DNA from: a virus
Taxonomy: Duplodnaviria; Caudoviricetes
Length of the DNA: 64,000 bases
Strand: one strand, 5' to 3'
Virus record (IMG/VR): IMGVR_UViG_3300006045_001036
Part shown: piece after piece, positions 19,802 through 29,600 of the stretch
Numbering within the stretch: the stretch's first letter is position 1
How the letters are laid out: the number at the start of each line of letters is the position of its first letter
Notes under the pieces: model-generated
Told to the model about the DNA's origin: nothing
Seen by the model: the letters and a program-made list of their open reading frames with translations, nothing else
Databases searched by the model: none
Program-made: the position numbers and the translations under genes

Positions 19802-22438
19802 CTAAGTCAGTGTAACAACACCGAGCTTATTGAACTCGTTATTTGAGCCTCCACCCCTTTGGTTTGTAACAAGAGTACCGTCCGTAGCGTCAGTTGTAAT
19901 AATAAGGTATATTTTGTTGGCAGAACGACTTCCATTCCACAATAATTGTCCCGGAATTGGCACAGTTGCTGATGTTTCTGCGGTAGTTGTGACAGGAGTG
20001 CTACGGCGAACAACACGGTCTAAGTTCGCAGTGCCGTCGCCTGTTCTCGCTGTTGTTGCAAAGGTGAAATTCTCAATTTCAGGCGGATTTCCTGATAAAT
20101 CTGTCCAAACCCGATAACGTCTGCTTGAACCTGCGGTTTGTCCTTCGCCGTACTGAATTCGAAGAGTAACCGTTCCGGGATTAGCCGTGTAAGGTTGAAT
20201 GTTAGACAAGACTAAAACATGGTTAGATTCTCCAGTCTTTGATACATTTCTGTCTGCAGGATTAATTACCCATGAACGAGCATATGTGATAGGCACATCT
20301 GTACCTAATACGGTGACTTCAACGGTTGCCGTCAGTTCTATATTGTCAGGATTATCAACCTCAATCGGTCTAACCACTCCTGTTACAGTAAAAGTTTGGT
20401 CGTTGGAGTCGTTAGGGTCGTAGTCTAAAGCACTTATATCCCACTTAATAGGAACAGGTACAATCCCTGCTGTGTCTGTTTCTATTGACCCGCCGAAAGG
20501 CAACTGCAACCCCAACGTGTCAATATCCAGTGGGGCATCAACATTAGCAACAGGTGAAATTGGGCGGACTGCTGTAATCTTCGGTCTTGTTCTCTCGCTT
20601 CCCTTTCTCTGAATTAAGAAAGGCTGTGTGTACAAAACGCCATAGTCGCTATGGCATATTGCTGCTCTTACATACCCATTTATCACATTTTGATTAGCGG
20701 CAAGGTCAAGAATGTTTCCTTGTGCAATTTCTACGCCATCGGCAATCCACCTGATGACTTGGAAATTTTCGGCTTCAATCTCAATTTTGTCTCGGCGAAC
20801 AACAATACTGCGAACAAGGGGAGTCGGAAGTTCACGAACGCTGTCTTGTCCGCCTGCATAATTGTCTTCGGGGTTAAGACCCGCAGGGGTGATTCCGTAC
20901 TCTCTGTCTCGGCGAGAGAAACAGAAATATTGCCCCGCTTGCAAAGCGTATCTGACTTCCCTCAAAGACAGTTCGGGTAAGCATACATACTCAAACGAAA
21001 ATCCTATCGACCCTAAAGCGTGAGAATCGTCCGTGGCATCCCCAAGAACTCGTATTCCCTCGGGTGCAAGTATTTTCAAAATATTATCCCACAGTACACG
21101 GTCTCCTTGCGACTGGTTGTCAATGCCGTTAATAATCTCCATCGCTCTATAGAATCTTCGAGTGCGAAACAGTGTTGTCAGCATATTCACAAAGTCTGTG
21201 CGGTTCGAAGCCGTTACCGCTTGAGCATAAGTTTCGGCTGGCGGTGTTGCCACTCGAGACGCTCCAGTGTTTCGCCCTGGATGATTAACGGTTAAAAGCC
21301 CTTCGCCAGCATTCGCAACTTTTAATCCCCAAGAAGCCAGCGTTTCTGCACTCCACGAACCCCACGCTATTTTAACTCCATTCCCCTGTACGTCAATAGT
21401 GTTCGACAGAGTTCCACTATTCAAAGCATCACCACGGGGACCCGAAAATTCATTTGTACTCGGCAAGAAAATCATTCCGCTTTCCCCTGCAGGACGACCA
21501 ACCGCAGACTTCATTTCAGCCATTCGAGTATCAGGAAGAGAAGCTCGGGGTAAAGAACCTCCCCCGCCGATAACTCCACCGCCTGTAGGATTGTCAGGGG
21601 TTAAATTCGGTGATTTTGTTGTGAAGTCATGGTCTGTAATCGCAACCAGATTATAGCCACAACGGTAATGTTCTTCCGCCGTTTGTAACAAGGTTGCTAT
21701 GCCGTCTGAGTTTGTTGTATGAGCATGGGGAGCGTGTTTGAACTGCTTGTAGACACCCCATTCAACATTCTTATACGGATTGTCAATATCAAATACTTCG
21801 TGTCCTGGAGTGATTTCTGTTAATATCAGTTTGTTGATATCCATAGTCGTGACACTTGCTGTCCCTCCAAGGTTAATCCCTTGCCCTTGTCGTACCAACT
21901 CTAATACTTCTGCGTATGTGAAAATATAGCTAATCTCAAATGAACCATCGCTCTCGGTTTCCTCTGTTACGTAGAATGTAACAGGTTGTTCTTGCAACCT
22001 GAGATGAACAATGTTACCAAAGGAATTACCCAGTTTACCCCCTGCTTCAATTTTGTACAGATGGTCGGGTTTTACAGGGAAATTTATTAATCGTAGTGTT
22101 AATCCATTCCCAATACTGTTACGGTCATAAATATTGATAACTTTTGGAACGCTGTCTACATTGACTTCACGCACCGCACCACTACCGATTACGTAAGGTT
22201 TTCCGTCAGCAGGTGAACCCCCTTGCTTCCCTGGTGGATACCCGCCGTTTGCTTGAACAATAGCCGAAGAAGTGATATAATATGCGTCAGGGTCAGTTTG
22301 CAAATCCCAAAACACAATTGCTTGAGGGTCTTGGGGTTTCGGCGGGTCAGGCGGTTTTATCGGGCTTCCTCCACCGCCTCTACGTACATTAGTTACTAAC
22401 ATTTTCGCCCTCCCAGTTAAATTGGTCGGCTCTGACAT
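19802..22438 (-). CDS. PHP-domain metallohydrolase with Ig-like (Big_4-like) domain; start may be 22402
   Basis: HAHTTNSDG, AITDHD, NHP and DDSH metal ligands; VPIKWD...QTFTVTG Ig-like segment. Confidence 0.75.
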   Translation of the reverse strand: MSEPTNLTGRAKMLVTNVRRGGGGSPIKPPDPPKPQDPQAIVFWDLQTDPDAYYITSSAIVQANGGYPPGKQGGSPADGKPYVIGSGAVREVNVDSVPKVINIYDRNSIGNGLTLRLINFPVKPDHLYKIEAGGKLGNSFGNIVHLRLQEQPVTFYVTEETESDGSFEISYIFTYAEVLELVRQGQGINLGGTASVTTMDINKLILTEITPGHEVFDIDNPYKNVEWGVYKQFKHAPHAHTTNSDGIATLLQTAEEHYRCGYNLVAITDHDFTTKSPNLTPDNPTGGGVIGGGGSLPRASLPDTRMAEMKSAVGRPAGESGMIFLPSTNEFSGPRGDALNSGTLSNTIDVQGNGVKIAWGSWSAETLASWGLKVANAGEGLLTVNHPGRNTGASRVATPPAETYAQAVTASNRTDFVNMLTTLFRTRRFYRAMEIINGIDNQSQGDRVLWDNILKILAPEGIRVLGDATDDSHALGSIGFSFEYVCLPELSLREVRYALQAGQYFCFSRRDREYGITPAGLNPEDNYAGGQDSVRELPTPLVRSIVVRRDKIEIEAENFQVIRWIADGVEIAQGNILDLAANQNVINGYVRAAICHSDYGVLYTQPFLIQRKGSERTRPKITAVRPISPVANVDAPLDIDTLGLQLPFGGSIETDTAGIVPVPIKWDISALDYDPNDSNDQTFTVTGVVRPIEVDNPDNIELTATVEVTVLGTDVPITYARSWVINPADRNVSKTGESNHVLVLSNIQPYTANPGTVTLRIQYGEGQTAGSSRRYRVWTDLSGNPPEIENFTFATTARTGDGTANLDRVVRRSTPVTTTAETSATVPIPGQLLWNGSRSANKIYLIITTDATDGTLVTNQRGGGSNNEFNKLGVVTLT

Positions 22439-22943
22439 GAAGAGTTCCGTCTACATCAATAACAGAAGCTCTGTCTGCATAAACGGTGTATTTGCCTGTC
22501 AAATCAGCTTCAGGTACAGTTTTTGAAAAGAACCGCACTCTTCCGTCAAAGGTTTCTCCCGCCGACGCAACCTCTGCCGCTTCAGCTTGCAAAACAGATT
22601 GAAAATCAAAATCTGCACGAACTAAGTCATAAGACTTTAACCCCGAAATTGTTAAATCGCAGTGATAGGAAAAGCCATTATAAGTTTCAGCAATCCAATC
22701 TGTCATAAGTATCGTGAAATCAACGGCGACTATAGGATAACCCCCTTCGCCTCCTTCAACATTAAACGGCAACGCATTCCAACGTGTAATACCGTCTCCG
22801 AACTTGTGTTTTCTGGGGTTTGTATCTGTAACATATCCGATTTCATCTTTCATCAAAATCGGATTGTGTAACTCCCAATTCGCAGCAGTATCCGCTCTCG
22901 GTTTATAACGGACGTCAACATTGTGAACTTTCTTATCACTCAT
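22389..22943 (-). CDS. Tail-fibre-associated protein with Mtd_N/hyaluronidase-N-like domain
   Basis: RADTAANW...NPIL..DEIGYVTD...KFGDGITRWNALP. Confidence 0.75.
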   Translation of the reverse strand: MSDKKVHNVDVRYKPRADTAANWELHNPILMKDEIGYVTDTNPRKHKFGDGITRWNALPFNVEGGEGGYPIVAVDFTILMTDWIAETYNGFSYHCDLTISGLKSYDLVRADFDFQSVLQAEAAEVASAGETFDGRVRFFSKTVPEADLTGKYTVYADRASVIDVDGTLHVRADQFNWEGENVSN

Positions 22944-23016
22944 TCGAGAAAGCCTCCTTATATCTTAATGTGAATACTGGCTACGGCTCTCTGCCGTAGC
23001 CAGTACGTTGTGTTTC

Positions 23017-24345
23017 TTAATCTTCTATCGGTTCGCCTGTTGAAGCGTTTCCGCCGTCGAGTACGAGAATGTCCGTGCTTCGAAGTATCTTATCATCCGC
23101 TTCCAACACGCTTTTCGCTACTTCCTTTGCTCTTGCTTCTGTGAAGTATAAGTTAACAGTTCCTTCGGGGACATTGTCTGTGTTTAGCTTTATAACAGCA
23201 CCTTGCTTACCATTGACTTCAATCACCGCACCCGCAGGAATATTGATTCGAGCCCAGTTATTCTTATCAGTAAGGTCAAGATTCCGTCCCTTCGCAATAA
23301 ATACAAGAGTGTATCCGTCTTCGTTATCATCGTCGTCAGGGTCTGCGTCGTAGTTAACGATTGCTACGTCACCTGCTTCGGCGGGGTTATCACTGTCATT
23401 CGCCCATTGAAGCCAATCGTCTTCTGAGTCAAACTCACGAACATCTACGATACTGATTGAGGGGAGAAGCCCTTCGTCAATCTCGCCGTCATCATTAACC
23501 ACAACGACTTTTCCTTCACCTGTACTCGGATTGTGGACATCTTCTTTTGCTGCTGTGCCGAGGTCTTCGACCTTATCAAATGGAATATCGGGAAGGTCTT
23601 TTGCCTCGATAACTTCAAGCTTTGTTACACGCCCTTTGGAATCTACCGTGATTTTGTAGATACCTTCTTCACCGACTAAATCCGCTCCGTCAATCGTATC
23701 AGTCAGGATTTCCGCCAGCGTGGTTTGAATGATTACACCGTCTTCAAGGTCAGAAGAAGCTTCACCCTCAACATCACCCTCGACAGCGAAGTTGCGGTTT
23801 GAAGACAATTTTTCTGCGAGAGCGGCAAGTTTCACTACACCTTTGCGGAATCCCTGATTGTTCTCAATTTCGTCGGGGTCAGCGGAAGTCGGAACGAATT
23901 CGAGTCTGAGCATATCACCTGCACCGAGTTCGGACAACATTCCTTCAAGCTGAGATTTAGTAATAATCTCTTCCCAATTCGCTTGGTCGGTCATCACACC
24001 GCCGATATCTTTCTTAGAAATATCGGTGAGAATAAAGATTTTGTTTTTACCTACTCCCGCAATGACAACCGCCATAGCACCAACAGAAAAATCAACATCG
24101 TCTGCATTTGGAGCGGAAGTAAATAGCTTTGCTCCGCCTTCGTTGCCGTAATCAAGGTCTTCCCATCTCGTTTTTCCGTCACCGAACTTAAATAAGCCGA
24201 CATCTTTACCGCCTTTTTCGCCTGTGACCAATCCCATTTCACCGTCTTGCAGTATGGGATTTACATTTTGCCATTCTGTCAGAGTGTCTCTGCGGACTTT
24301 AATTCTCACGTTCTCGAGAATTTGGATAATTTGTTCTAAGTTCAT
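23017..24345 (-). CDS. Tail-fibre-like protein with Mtd_N-like domain
   Basis: RRDTLTEWQNVNPILQDGEMG...FKFGDGKTRWEDL; YKITVDSKGRVT; VNGKQGAV; EGTVNLYFTEAR. Confidence 0.75.
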   Translation of the reverse strand: MNLEQIIQILENVRIKVRRDTLTEWQNVNPILQDGEMGLVTGEKGGKDVGLFKFGDGKTRWEDLDYGNEGGAKLFTSAPNADDVDFSVGAMAVVIAGVGKNKIFILTDISKKDIGGVMTDQANWEEIITKSQLEGMLSELGAGDMLRLEFVPTSADPDEIENNQGFRKGVVKLAALAEKLSSNRNFAVEGDVEGEASSDLEDGVIIQTTLAEILTDTIDGADLVGEEGIYKITVDSKGRVTKLEVIEAKDLPDIPFDKVEDLGTAAKEDVHNPSTGEGKVVVVNDDGEIDEGLLPSISIVDVREFDSEDDWLQWANDSDNPAEAGDVAIVNYDADPDDDDNEDGYTLVFIAKGRNLDLTDKNNWARINIPAGAVIEVNGKQGAVIKLNTDNVPEGTVNLYFTEARAKEVAKSVLEADDKILRSTDILVLDGGNASTGEPIED

Positions 24346-24368
24346 CGTATTTCTCCTTTTAATAATTA

Positions 24369-24737
24369 CTATTTATCTTCGCTACTCGCTTTACCGCCGT
24401 CTATAGCGGAGATATTAAACATATTACTGCTTAACAGCCTATAGGCACTGGTTTCGTTACACCATTCGTAGAAAGCTTCGTTTTTAGCACCGTTCGTTAT
24501 ATACAAGGTGAATTCATTCCCTTCTGACGGAAACTCGCCTTTGTGTTTCTTAGTCACAACTTTGAAATCGTTACCCGAGTCCCCGCTATTAGCGTCAATC
24601 CAATCTTGAACTTTCTTGAACCGTTGTTCTACATTATCGCCATTTTTCAATCGCACAAGGTCGGCAGATGTTTCTTTATGCACTACTACATAACGTCCGT
24701 TGACCTTGATACGCTCTCTAACTCTTTTAATCTCCAT
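24369..24737 (-). CDS. Putative tail-associated protein
   Basis: VVHKETSADLV...NVEQ motif and C-terminal IDGG shared with the neighbouring LDGG. Confidence 0.55.
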   Translation of the reverse strand: MEIKRVRERIKVNGRYVVVHKETSADLVRLKNGDNVEQRFKKVQDWIDANSGDSGNDFKVVTKKHKGEFPSEGNEFTLYITNGAKNEAFYEWCNETSAYRLLSSNMFNISAIDGGKASSEDK

Positions 24738-25413
24738 CGGTGTCGCCTCCAGTCGTATGAATACAGCCGTACACTCCACGTCCGCAATAATCGCAACTGA
24801 CTAATCTGTGAGTATGGGGGGATATCGGTTCATCGTCTTCTTCCGACTCTTCGTCTAACTCTTCGTCTGTATCTTCGAGAGGTTCGGCGGGAGTGCATTT
24901 TTCACAATCCTCACAGTCACAACCGTCTTCGCAATCACAATCGTCGGAATCATCAGTCGGTTCTTCGGTTTCATCAGGTTCAACGGTTTCTTCTGGTGGG
25001 TCTTGAGGTTCAGGCGGTTCAACCGCTTCACCGTCTCCAAGGTCTTCATACCACACATCACCGTCTTGTTGGTCGGTCGGCTCTTCAACCGAAAGAACCA
25101 AGGAAAAAGGTTTTCCGTTGATAATGTGAAGCCATTTTGCACCTGTTTCATCAAGGATACTTAACCGCTTATTTGTTGTATCCACATAGAGCTTTCCGGG
25201 AATAGCACGTTTCGGTTTTGGGAGTCGCTCTACCACAACCACGAACTCGGTGTAGTTCACTCTCCCCTTGTAGATACGCAGTGTGTCTATTGTAAAGAAC
25301 AGCAGCCCATCATCAACGACTGCATTCTCTTCAAAAGCTTTCTGTGTACCAAACTGAAAACGACCGTCTATATCCTCTAAAAGCAGCTCTTTCAGGAGTT
25401 TCTTTATATCCAA
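24727..25413 (-). CDS. Putative tail-associated protein with acidic/Cys-rich C-terminus
   Basis: DGLLFFTIDTLRIYKG; EPTDQQDGDVW. Confidence 0.55.
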   Translation of the reverse strand: MDIKKLLKELLLEDIDGRFQFGTQKAFEENAVVDDGLLFFTIDTLRIYKGRVNYTEFVVVVERLPKPKRAIPGKLYVDTTNKRLSILDETGAKWLHIINGKPFSLVLSVEEPTDQQDGDVWYEDLGDGEAVEPPEPQDPPEETVEPDETEEPTDDSDDCDCEDGCDCEDCEKCTPAEPLEDTDEELDEESEEDDEPISPHTHRLVSCDYCGRGVYGCIHTTGGDTDGD

Positions 25414-25509
25414 GACAGTTCCTCCAATCCGCTTAATATTGCACTGATAAGTATTTTAGAGAGTTGAAGGGTATAGAAAACCGCCGTTCTGTGAAGAACG
25501 GCGGGGCGT

Positions 25510-26673
25510 CTAATTTTTACGGTTGTCCCACCAAAATGAAGTCGCCGCAGATTTGTTGTTAACGATATATGATTTTGCCACTCTGCGAATATACTCTTCG
25601 GCGTGAATTCTTCGCTCGTCCTCAGGAAGTTCGGGGGCAGAACACCATTCACCGAATATAACAGGGACTTCGAGGGTTCTTGCTCTGTCGCATACACGGT
25701 TTATATCATCGTTGATAATAGAAGCACCGTGACGAATATTACCATATTCGTCGGGGCAACTGGCAAAATCTCCTTGTTTGTCATGACACCAGTTATGCGG
25801 CGAATATATGTGTACCGAGAATATGAACTTACTTACTCCGTGATAGTGGGTTTCCTCGGGCTCAAGCGGCAACCGAAAACTATCTAATTGACGTGCATGA
25901 CCTTGAGCACCGTAAGGACATAACATCAAAAACCGATTTTTATTGTTGTCACCGCCTACCGCTCGTACTGTGTTAACAAAGATTTGATTCCACTCGTTAA
26001 CAATGATATAATCAGGAGTGCTTCCGTTCCAATCCCAATCTTTATCATCGTTGGCTGCTTCGTTCCAGAGCTTATTTCGACGTCTCGGTTCGTTAAAACC
26101 TTCAAAAATCACTCTGCAATCGTAATCATTGAACGCTTCGGCAATCTGACTCCAGATTTGATAAACAGCTATCTTTGCACTGTCGGGTGTGTCGAACCGA
26201 AACATAAACCCATCGTGGTGAGTGTTGAGTATAACATACATTCCTCGATTGTAAGCGAGGTCAACCACGCTTTTAATATACTCCATCCACTCTTTGTTTA
26301 TTTCGTGAGCCATTCCGTCTTTTCCACCGTTGGTATTTTCAACCATTTTGTACCATGTAACAGGAACACGGACAGCATTGAACCCCGCTTTGTGTACTTC
26401 ATCAATGAGATTTTCAATACTCGGTGTATCCTCATCCAACCACATATTAGCAATGCTGGGTATGTTAGGGTCTTTGCAATACGACGGAATTTTCTGGCTT
26501 GGCTTTTCACTGTTGTAAGCGTCAAGAGTATTCCCGATATTCCAGCCAACATTGATGTCTCCGACGATATCGAATGCTGTTTTATCCCAAAGCTCTTCAA
26601 GATTCGACCCAGAGCAGATTACGCCTTGTACAACACAAGCGTGTTTTGCCGACATTATAGCATTTCTACTCAC
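25510..26673 (-). CDS. Glycoside hydrolase family 5 (endoglucanase-like)
   Basis: GWNIGNTLDA, GFNAVRVPVTW, ILNTHHD, FEGFNEP (acid/base), SVHIY, IFGEW (nucleophile), FWWDN. Confidence 0.92.
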   Translation of the reverse strand: MSRNAIMSAKHACVVQGVICSGSNLEELWDKTAFDIVGDINVGWNIGNTLDAYNSEKPSQKIPSYCKDPNIPSIANMWLDEDTPSIENLIDEVHKAGFNAVRVPVTWYKMVENTNGGKDGMAHEINKEWMEYIKSVVDLAYNRGMYVILNTHHDGFMFRFDTPDSAKIAVYQIWSQIAEAFNDYDCRVIFEGFNEPRRRNKLWNEAANDDKDWDWNGSTPDYIIVNEWNQIFVNTVRAVGGDNNKNRFLMLCPYGAQGHARQLDSFRLPLEPEETHYHGVSKFIFSVHIYSPHNWCHDKQGDFASCPDEYGNIRHGASIINDDINRVCDRARTLEVPVIFGEWCSAPELPEDERRIHAEEYIRRVAKSYIVNNKSAATSFWWDNRKN

Positions 26674-28366
26674 CTTCTATCGTCACACCCTCTCCTATCG
26701 TAATTTTGCCGTATTTGTCTAATGTTTTCCCAAGCCGTGTGCGAGCAGCTCCTGCTTTCATCTCTTTTACTGAAGCAAGTGCCGCAAGGAAAAGCTCACC
26801 GCCAGCCAACCGAATATCTTCATATTCGTCCAGTTCTTTAACAGGGATGGAAATGTGGTCGGATTTATCGTCCGAATAAGCGTTGGGCAGTACAAATCGC
26901 TCCCTATTCTCAACAAGCACGAGTGTCATAGGCACTGAATCAGTATGTTGTGTATCGCTCTTTTGCTTTTCGTCACAACCCTTACACCGCCACAACTTCG
27001 TGTAGTATTCAACAGCGTCTTTGAGCCAGATTGTGTCACCGCAATGATTGCATTTGACGGTTGTTTCGTAACGTAGCTTACGACCGTCTAAAGTGGTATA
27101 ATACTGGCAAATAAGTGAGTTAGGGACAGTGGAAGCCTTTTTCACGCCGTAATCATACTCATCCAAAACCTCGATAGTCGTCTTCAGTGGGGTAACTTCC
27201 AACACCATAAATGTTGTATTTCGGCGACGAATTCTCATCCCTTTACGAATAGGCATAAATGAATTCGCTTGAGTTCCGCTAACAAGCGAGCGTTTTCTGC
27301 CTTTCGGCACTTCCTTAACGTCTTCTTTAATATCGTTTGTTGGCGGGTGTAACCGCTCTTGGTATTTCTCCGATTCGATATCTGCGTTTTGCTTACAGTA
27401 ATTATTGACTGCTTGAACAAGATTTCTGACAATTGAATCGGGGGCATCGGGATATGCGAACGGCTTGAAATGAATCTTTTGCTCGGATTCTGTTAAAACG
27501 AGCTTATTAGCTCGAAGTAAATTACCAAGCTCCATTAGCGAAAGTTCCCCCGAAGATTTGTCAGACTGCAAATCGACAAACCGATACAATCCTGTCGAGT
27601 TAAGAAGACGAACATTCTCTTGAAGGCAGTCAAAACACATACGAGAATTTCCCACTTGGCTCTTGCTGTTTGCCGAGTCTTCCACCTTTATAGCCGTACT
27701 CTTGTTCGGCATTTTAACGTGTTTATATGACGTTGATGTTAACCACTTGCCACACTGACAGCAATGAGTTTGGTGGATGATGAGGTGTTTCGCCAGAGTT
27801 TTTCCGCTGACATATCCAAATTTTGTCTTATCATCAGGATGTTCCCACGCCACGTAGAATGAGGGGAGAATGTCGTCTTTTATAATCTGAATAATTGTTC
27901 CCTCGGTCTGCCCGACTTTATTGTCAAGAGTGCGGTTAATTGTCAGGTTGTCGCCGACTTGGAATCCTCTAAGAATTGTTGCTACTTTCATTGTTTTCTC
28001 GCTTTCTTTAGGTATATAATGAGGACATTCAGTCCAGCATCGAGCGGGTTTGTTCAATCCCTGTATTCGACGCCACTCCGCCGAATCCACCGCAGCACAC
28101 GACTCTGCCAGACACTTCGAGTTCTTAGCTCCGCCCAGCCGACAACTACCGTGGTCGGGATAAAACAGGTCTAAAACACCGAACACACGTGCGGAATCGG
28201 GTTTGCAAAACGTCGGTTTGAGTTTGCTGTCGGCATAATGACGAATACTTTTAGGAATTTGTTCCCGCTTTTCGTAGATGTTGAAGCTCGGCGGACTCTG
28301 TGAACTGTCCCGCACGGTAAACACTTCCTTTTCTCCATTGGTTAAAAATCTGATATCAAGACTCAT
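26666..28366 (-). CDS. Large hypothetical protein with several CxxC motifs
   Basis: GAGGA RBS; overlaps both neighbours. Confidence 0.65.
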   Translation of the reverse strand: MSLDIRFLTNGEKEVFTVRDSSQSPPSFNIYEKREQIPKSIRHYADSKLKPTFCKPDSARVFGVLDLFYPDHGSCRLGGAKNSKCLAESCAAVDSAEWRRIQGLNKPARCWTECPHYIPKESEKTMKVATILRGFQVGDNLTINRTLDNKVGQTEGTIIQIIKDDILPSFYVAWEHPDDKTKFGYVSGKTLAKHLIIHQTHCCQCGKWLTSTSYKHVKMPNKSTAIKVEDSANSKSQVGNSRMCFDCLQENVRLLNSTGLYRFVDLQSDKSSGELSLMELGNLLRANKLVLTESEQKIHFKPFAYPDAPDSIVRNLVQAVNNYCKQNADIESEKYQERLHPPTNDIKEDVKEVPKGRKRSLVSGTQANSFMPIRKGMRIRRRNTTFMVLEVTPLKTTIEVLDEYDYGVKKASTVPNSLICQYYTTLDGRKLRYETTVKCNHCGDTIWLKDAVEYYTKLWRCKGCDEKQKSDTQHTDSVPMTLVLVENRERFVLPNAYSDDKSDHISIPVKELDEYEDIRLAGGELFLAALASVKEMKAGAARTRLGKTLDKYGKITIGEGVTIEGE

Positions 28367-28871
28367 TTTCGATTTCCTCCGAATTTTCTGGTTTTTCTTC
28401 AATTATAGGCAATACTCCTTCGATGACAACATCATCAGTAAATACCGCAGATTCTCCGCTAACGAGGTCGATTGACAGTAATTTCAATTCTTTGACTGTA
28501 ACACCGTCTCTTGCGGGTTTGCCTAATATTCGAGGGGCAAATCTGACATCAGACAAAGGAATGGTTTTAGCCAACTCTTCCCCTGCGTCGGTGTCAAGAA
28601 TATCGACTCCCGCTTTTAACTTTCCATCTTCAATACGCAATTCTGTGATTTTGTGGCTGAGTCGGTTAAGGCTGATATAATCAGGCAGTGTTGCCGTGGT
28701 CACAGGCTCTGCTTGACTTACAACATACTCTCCGAGCAAACCGTTGTCTTCGACTTGTTTTTTCAGTTCTTCCACGACTGACATAACCTCGATTTCAGGG
28801 AATATGTTGCCGTTTAGATTTGGCTTGTTGATTTCGAAAACCGTCCCGAATGCAGATTTAATAACTTTCAT
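28356..28871 (-). CDS. T4 gp21-like prohead protease homolog, possibly inactive
   Basis: NLNGNIF, LLGE, LSHKITEL, ILDTDAG; the SSRG motif reads APRI. Confidence 0.6.
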   Translation of the reverse strand: MKVIKSAFGTVFEINKPNLNGNIFPEIEVMSVVEELKKQVEDNGLLGEYVVSQAEPVTTATLPDYISLNRLSHKITELRIEDGKLKAGVDILDTDAGEELAKTIPLSDVRFAPRILGKPARDGVTVKELKLLSIDLVSGESAVFTDDVVIEGVLPIIEEKPENSEEIENES

Positions 28872-28885
28872 TTTTCCTCCAATTA

Positions 28886-28916
28886 TAAAGAATCAAGGCG
28901 GTCGAAACCACCTTGA
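28886..28916 (-). terminator. Terminator closing the RNA island
   Basis: TCAAGGTGGT-TTCG-ACCGCCTTGA followed by TTCTTT on the - strand. Confidence 0.7.
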
Positions 28917-29078
28917 CCGCTATGTACTAACCCACTGTCGTCGTCAGTACTGACGACGTCAACCCTACTCTCGTTGACAACCTTTTCACCTTGTACTTCG
29001 GTTCGATGACTGTCTTGATTTTCAAGTTGAATCCACGGTTTTAGGCATACACGCTTACTCGCCGTGGCAGGGGTTAAA

Positions 29079-29199
29079 TGGCTTAGGTGGGATTCGAACC
29101 CACGACTTTCGTGTACAGCGAGCGACCTAATCCTTTCAAGGTATACATTTATAGCTCTGTCATCTACCGCACGACCCTCTACCGCTGAGGTACACAGCC
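29079..29199 (-). ncRNA. tRNA-like RNA A with a 56-nt segment in place of the anticodon loop
   Basis: CCTC-AGCGGTA-GAGG D arm, TCGTG/CACGA stem, GTGGG-TTCGAAT-CCCAC T arm, acceptor GGCTGTG/CTAAGCC with 2 mismatches. Confidence 0.7.
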
Positions 29200-29270
29200 A
29201 TCTATGTGCGAAACAAAACCAAAGCACAGCGTCTCGCACAAAAGATTACGTACAAATTAAGAAATGCTAA

Positions 29271-29600
29271 TGGAGTCGAGGGGAATCGAACCCCTGTCCA
29301 AACCCAGTTCGGAAACATCATTTATCACCGTAGTCTGTTTATCTTTAACAGACAAAGCCGTCCCGATATTCCGAGAAGTCGGGCAACACTCATGGTGAGC
29401 GACAATTTAACAGCAGTTATTACCGCTATCACGACCCGCTCGTACCGTTAACTGACGGAATTCTTTAACCGCAAGCACTTACCTCCGTCGGTGTGCTGTT
29501 TTGGATGTTGCTGCGTTTAGGCAGCGACTAATGCTCCAACAGGAGCAAAAGCGATAATCTTAGTTTGTTTAGCGTTTAAGATTTAATTGCCAGATTGAAA
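29271..29600 (-). ncRNA. ssrA: tmRNA: tag frame, pseudoknots and 3' tRNA-like half present; 5' strand not found in its normal place
   Basis: 3' end GGAC-AGGGG-TTCGATT-CCCCT-CGACTCC-A; tag AKQTKIIAFAPVGALVAA* at 29573-29517 after TTAAAC; pk2-like AGCAC/GTGCT crossed by GACGGAG/TTCCGTC. Confidence 0.85.

Noticed and set aside
22389-24345. Diversity-generating retroelement suggested by Mtd_N-like domains
   Set aside because: No reverse transcriptase and no template/variable repeat pair found in the window.
29079-29199. Group I intron in the tRNA-like gene
   Set aside because: A 56-nt segment cannot hold a group I catalytic core.
28883-29451. ORF-track proteins over the RNA island (also 31268-31519, 31674-32027 and the N-terminal extension of rpsU)
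   Set aside because: They overlap tRNA, tmRNA or hairpin structures and look like chance frames.
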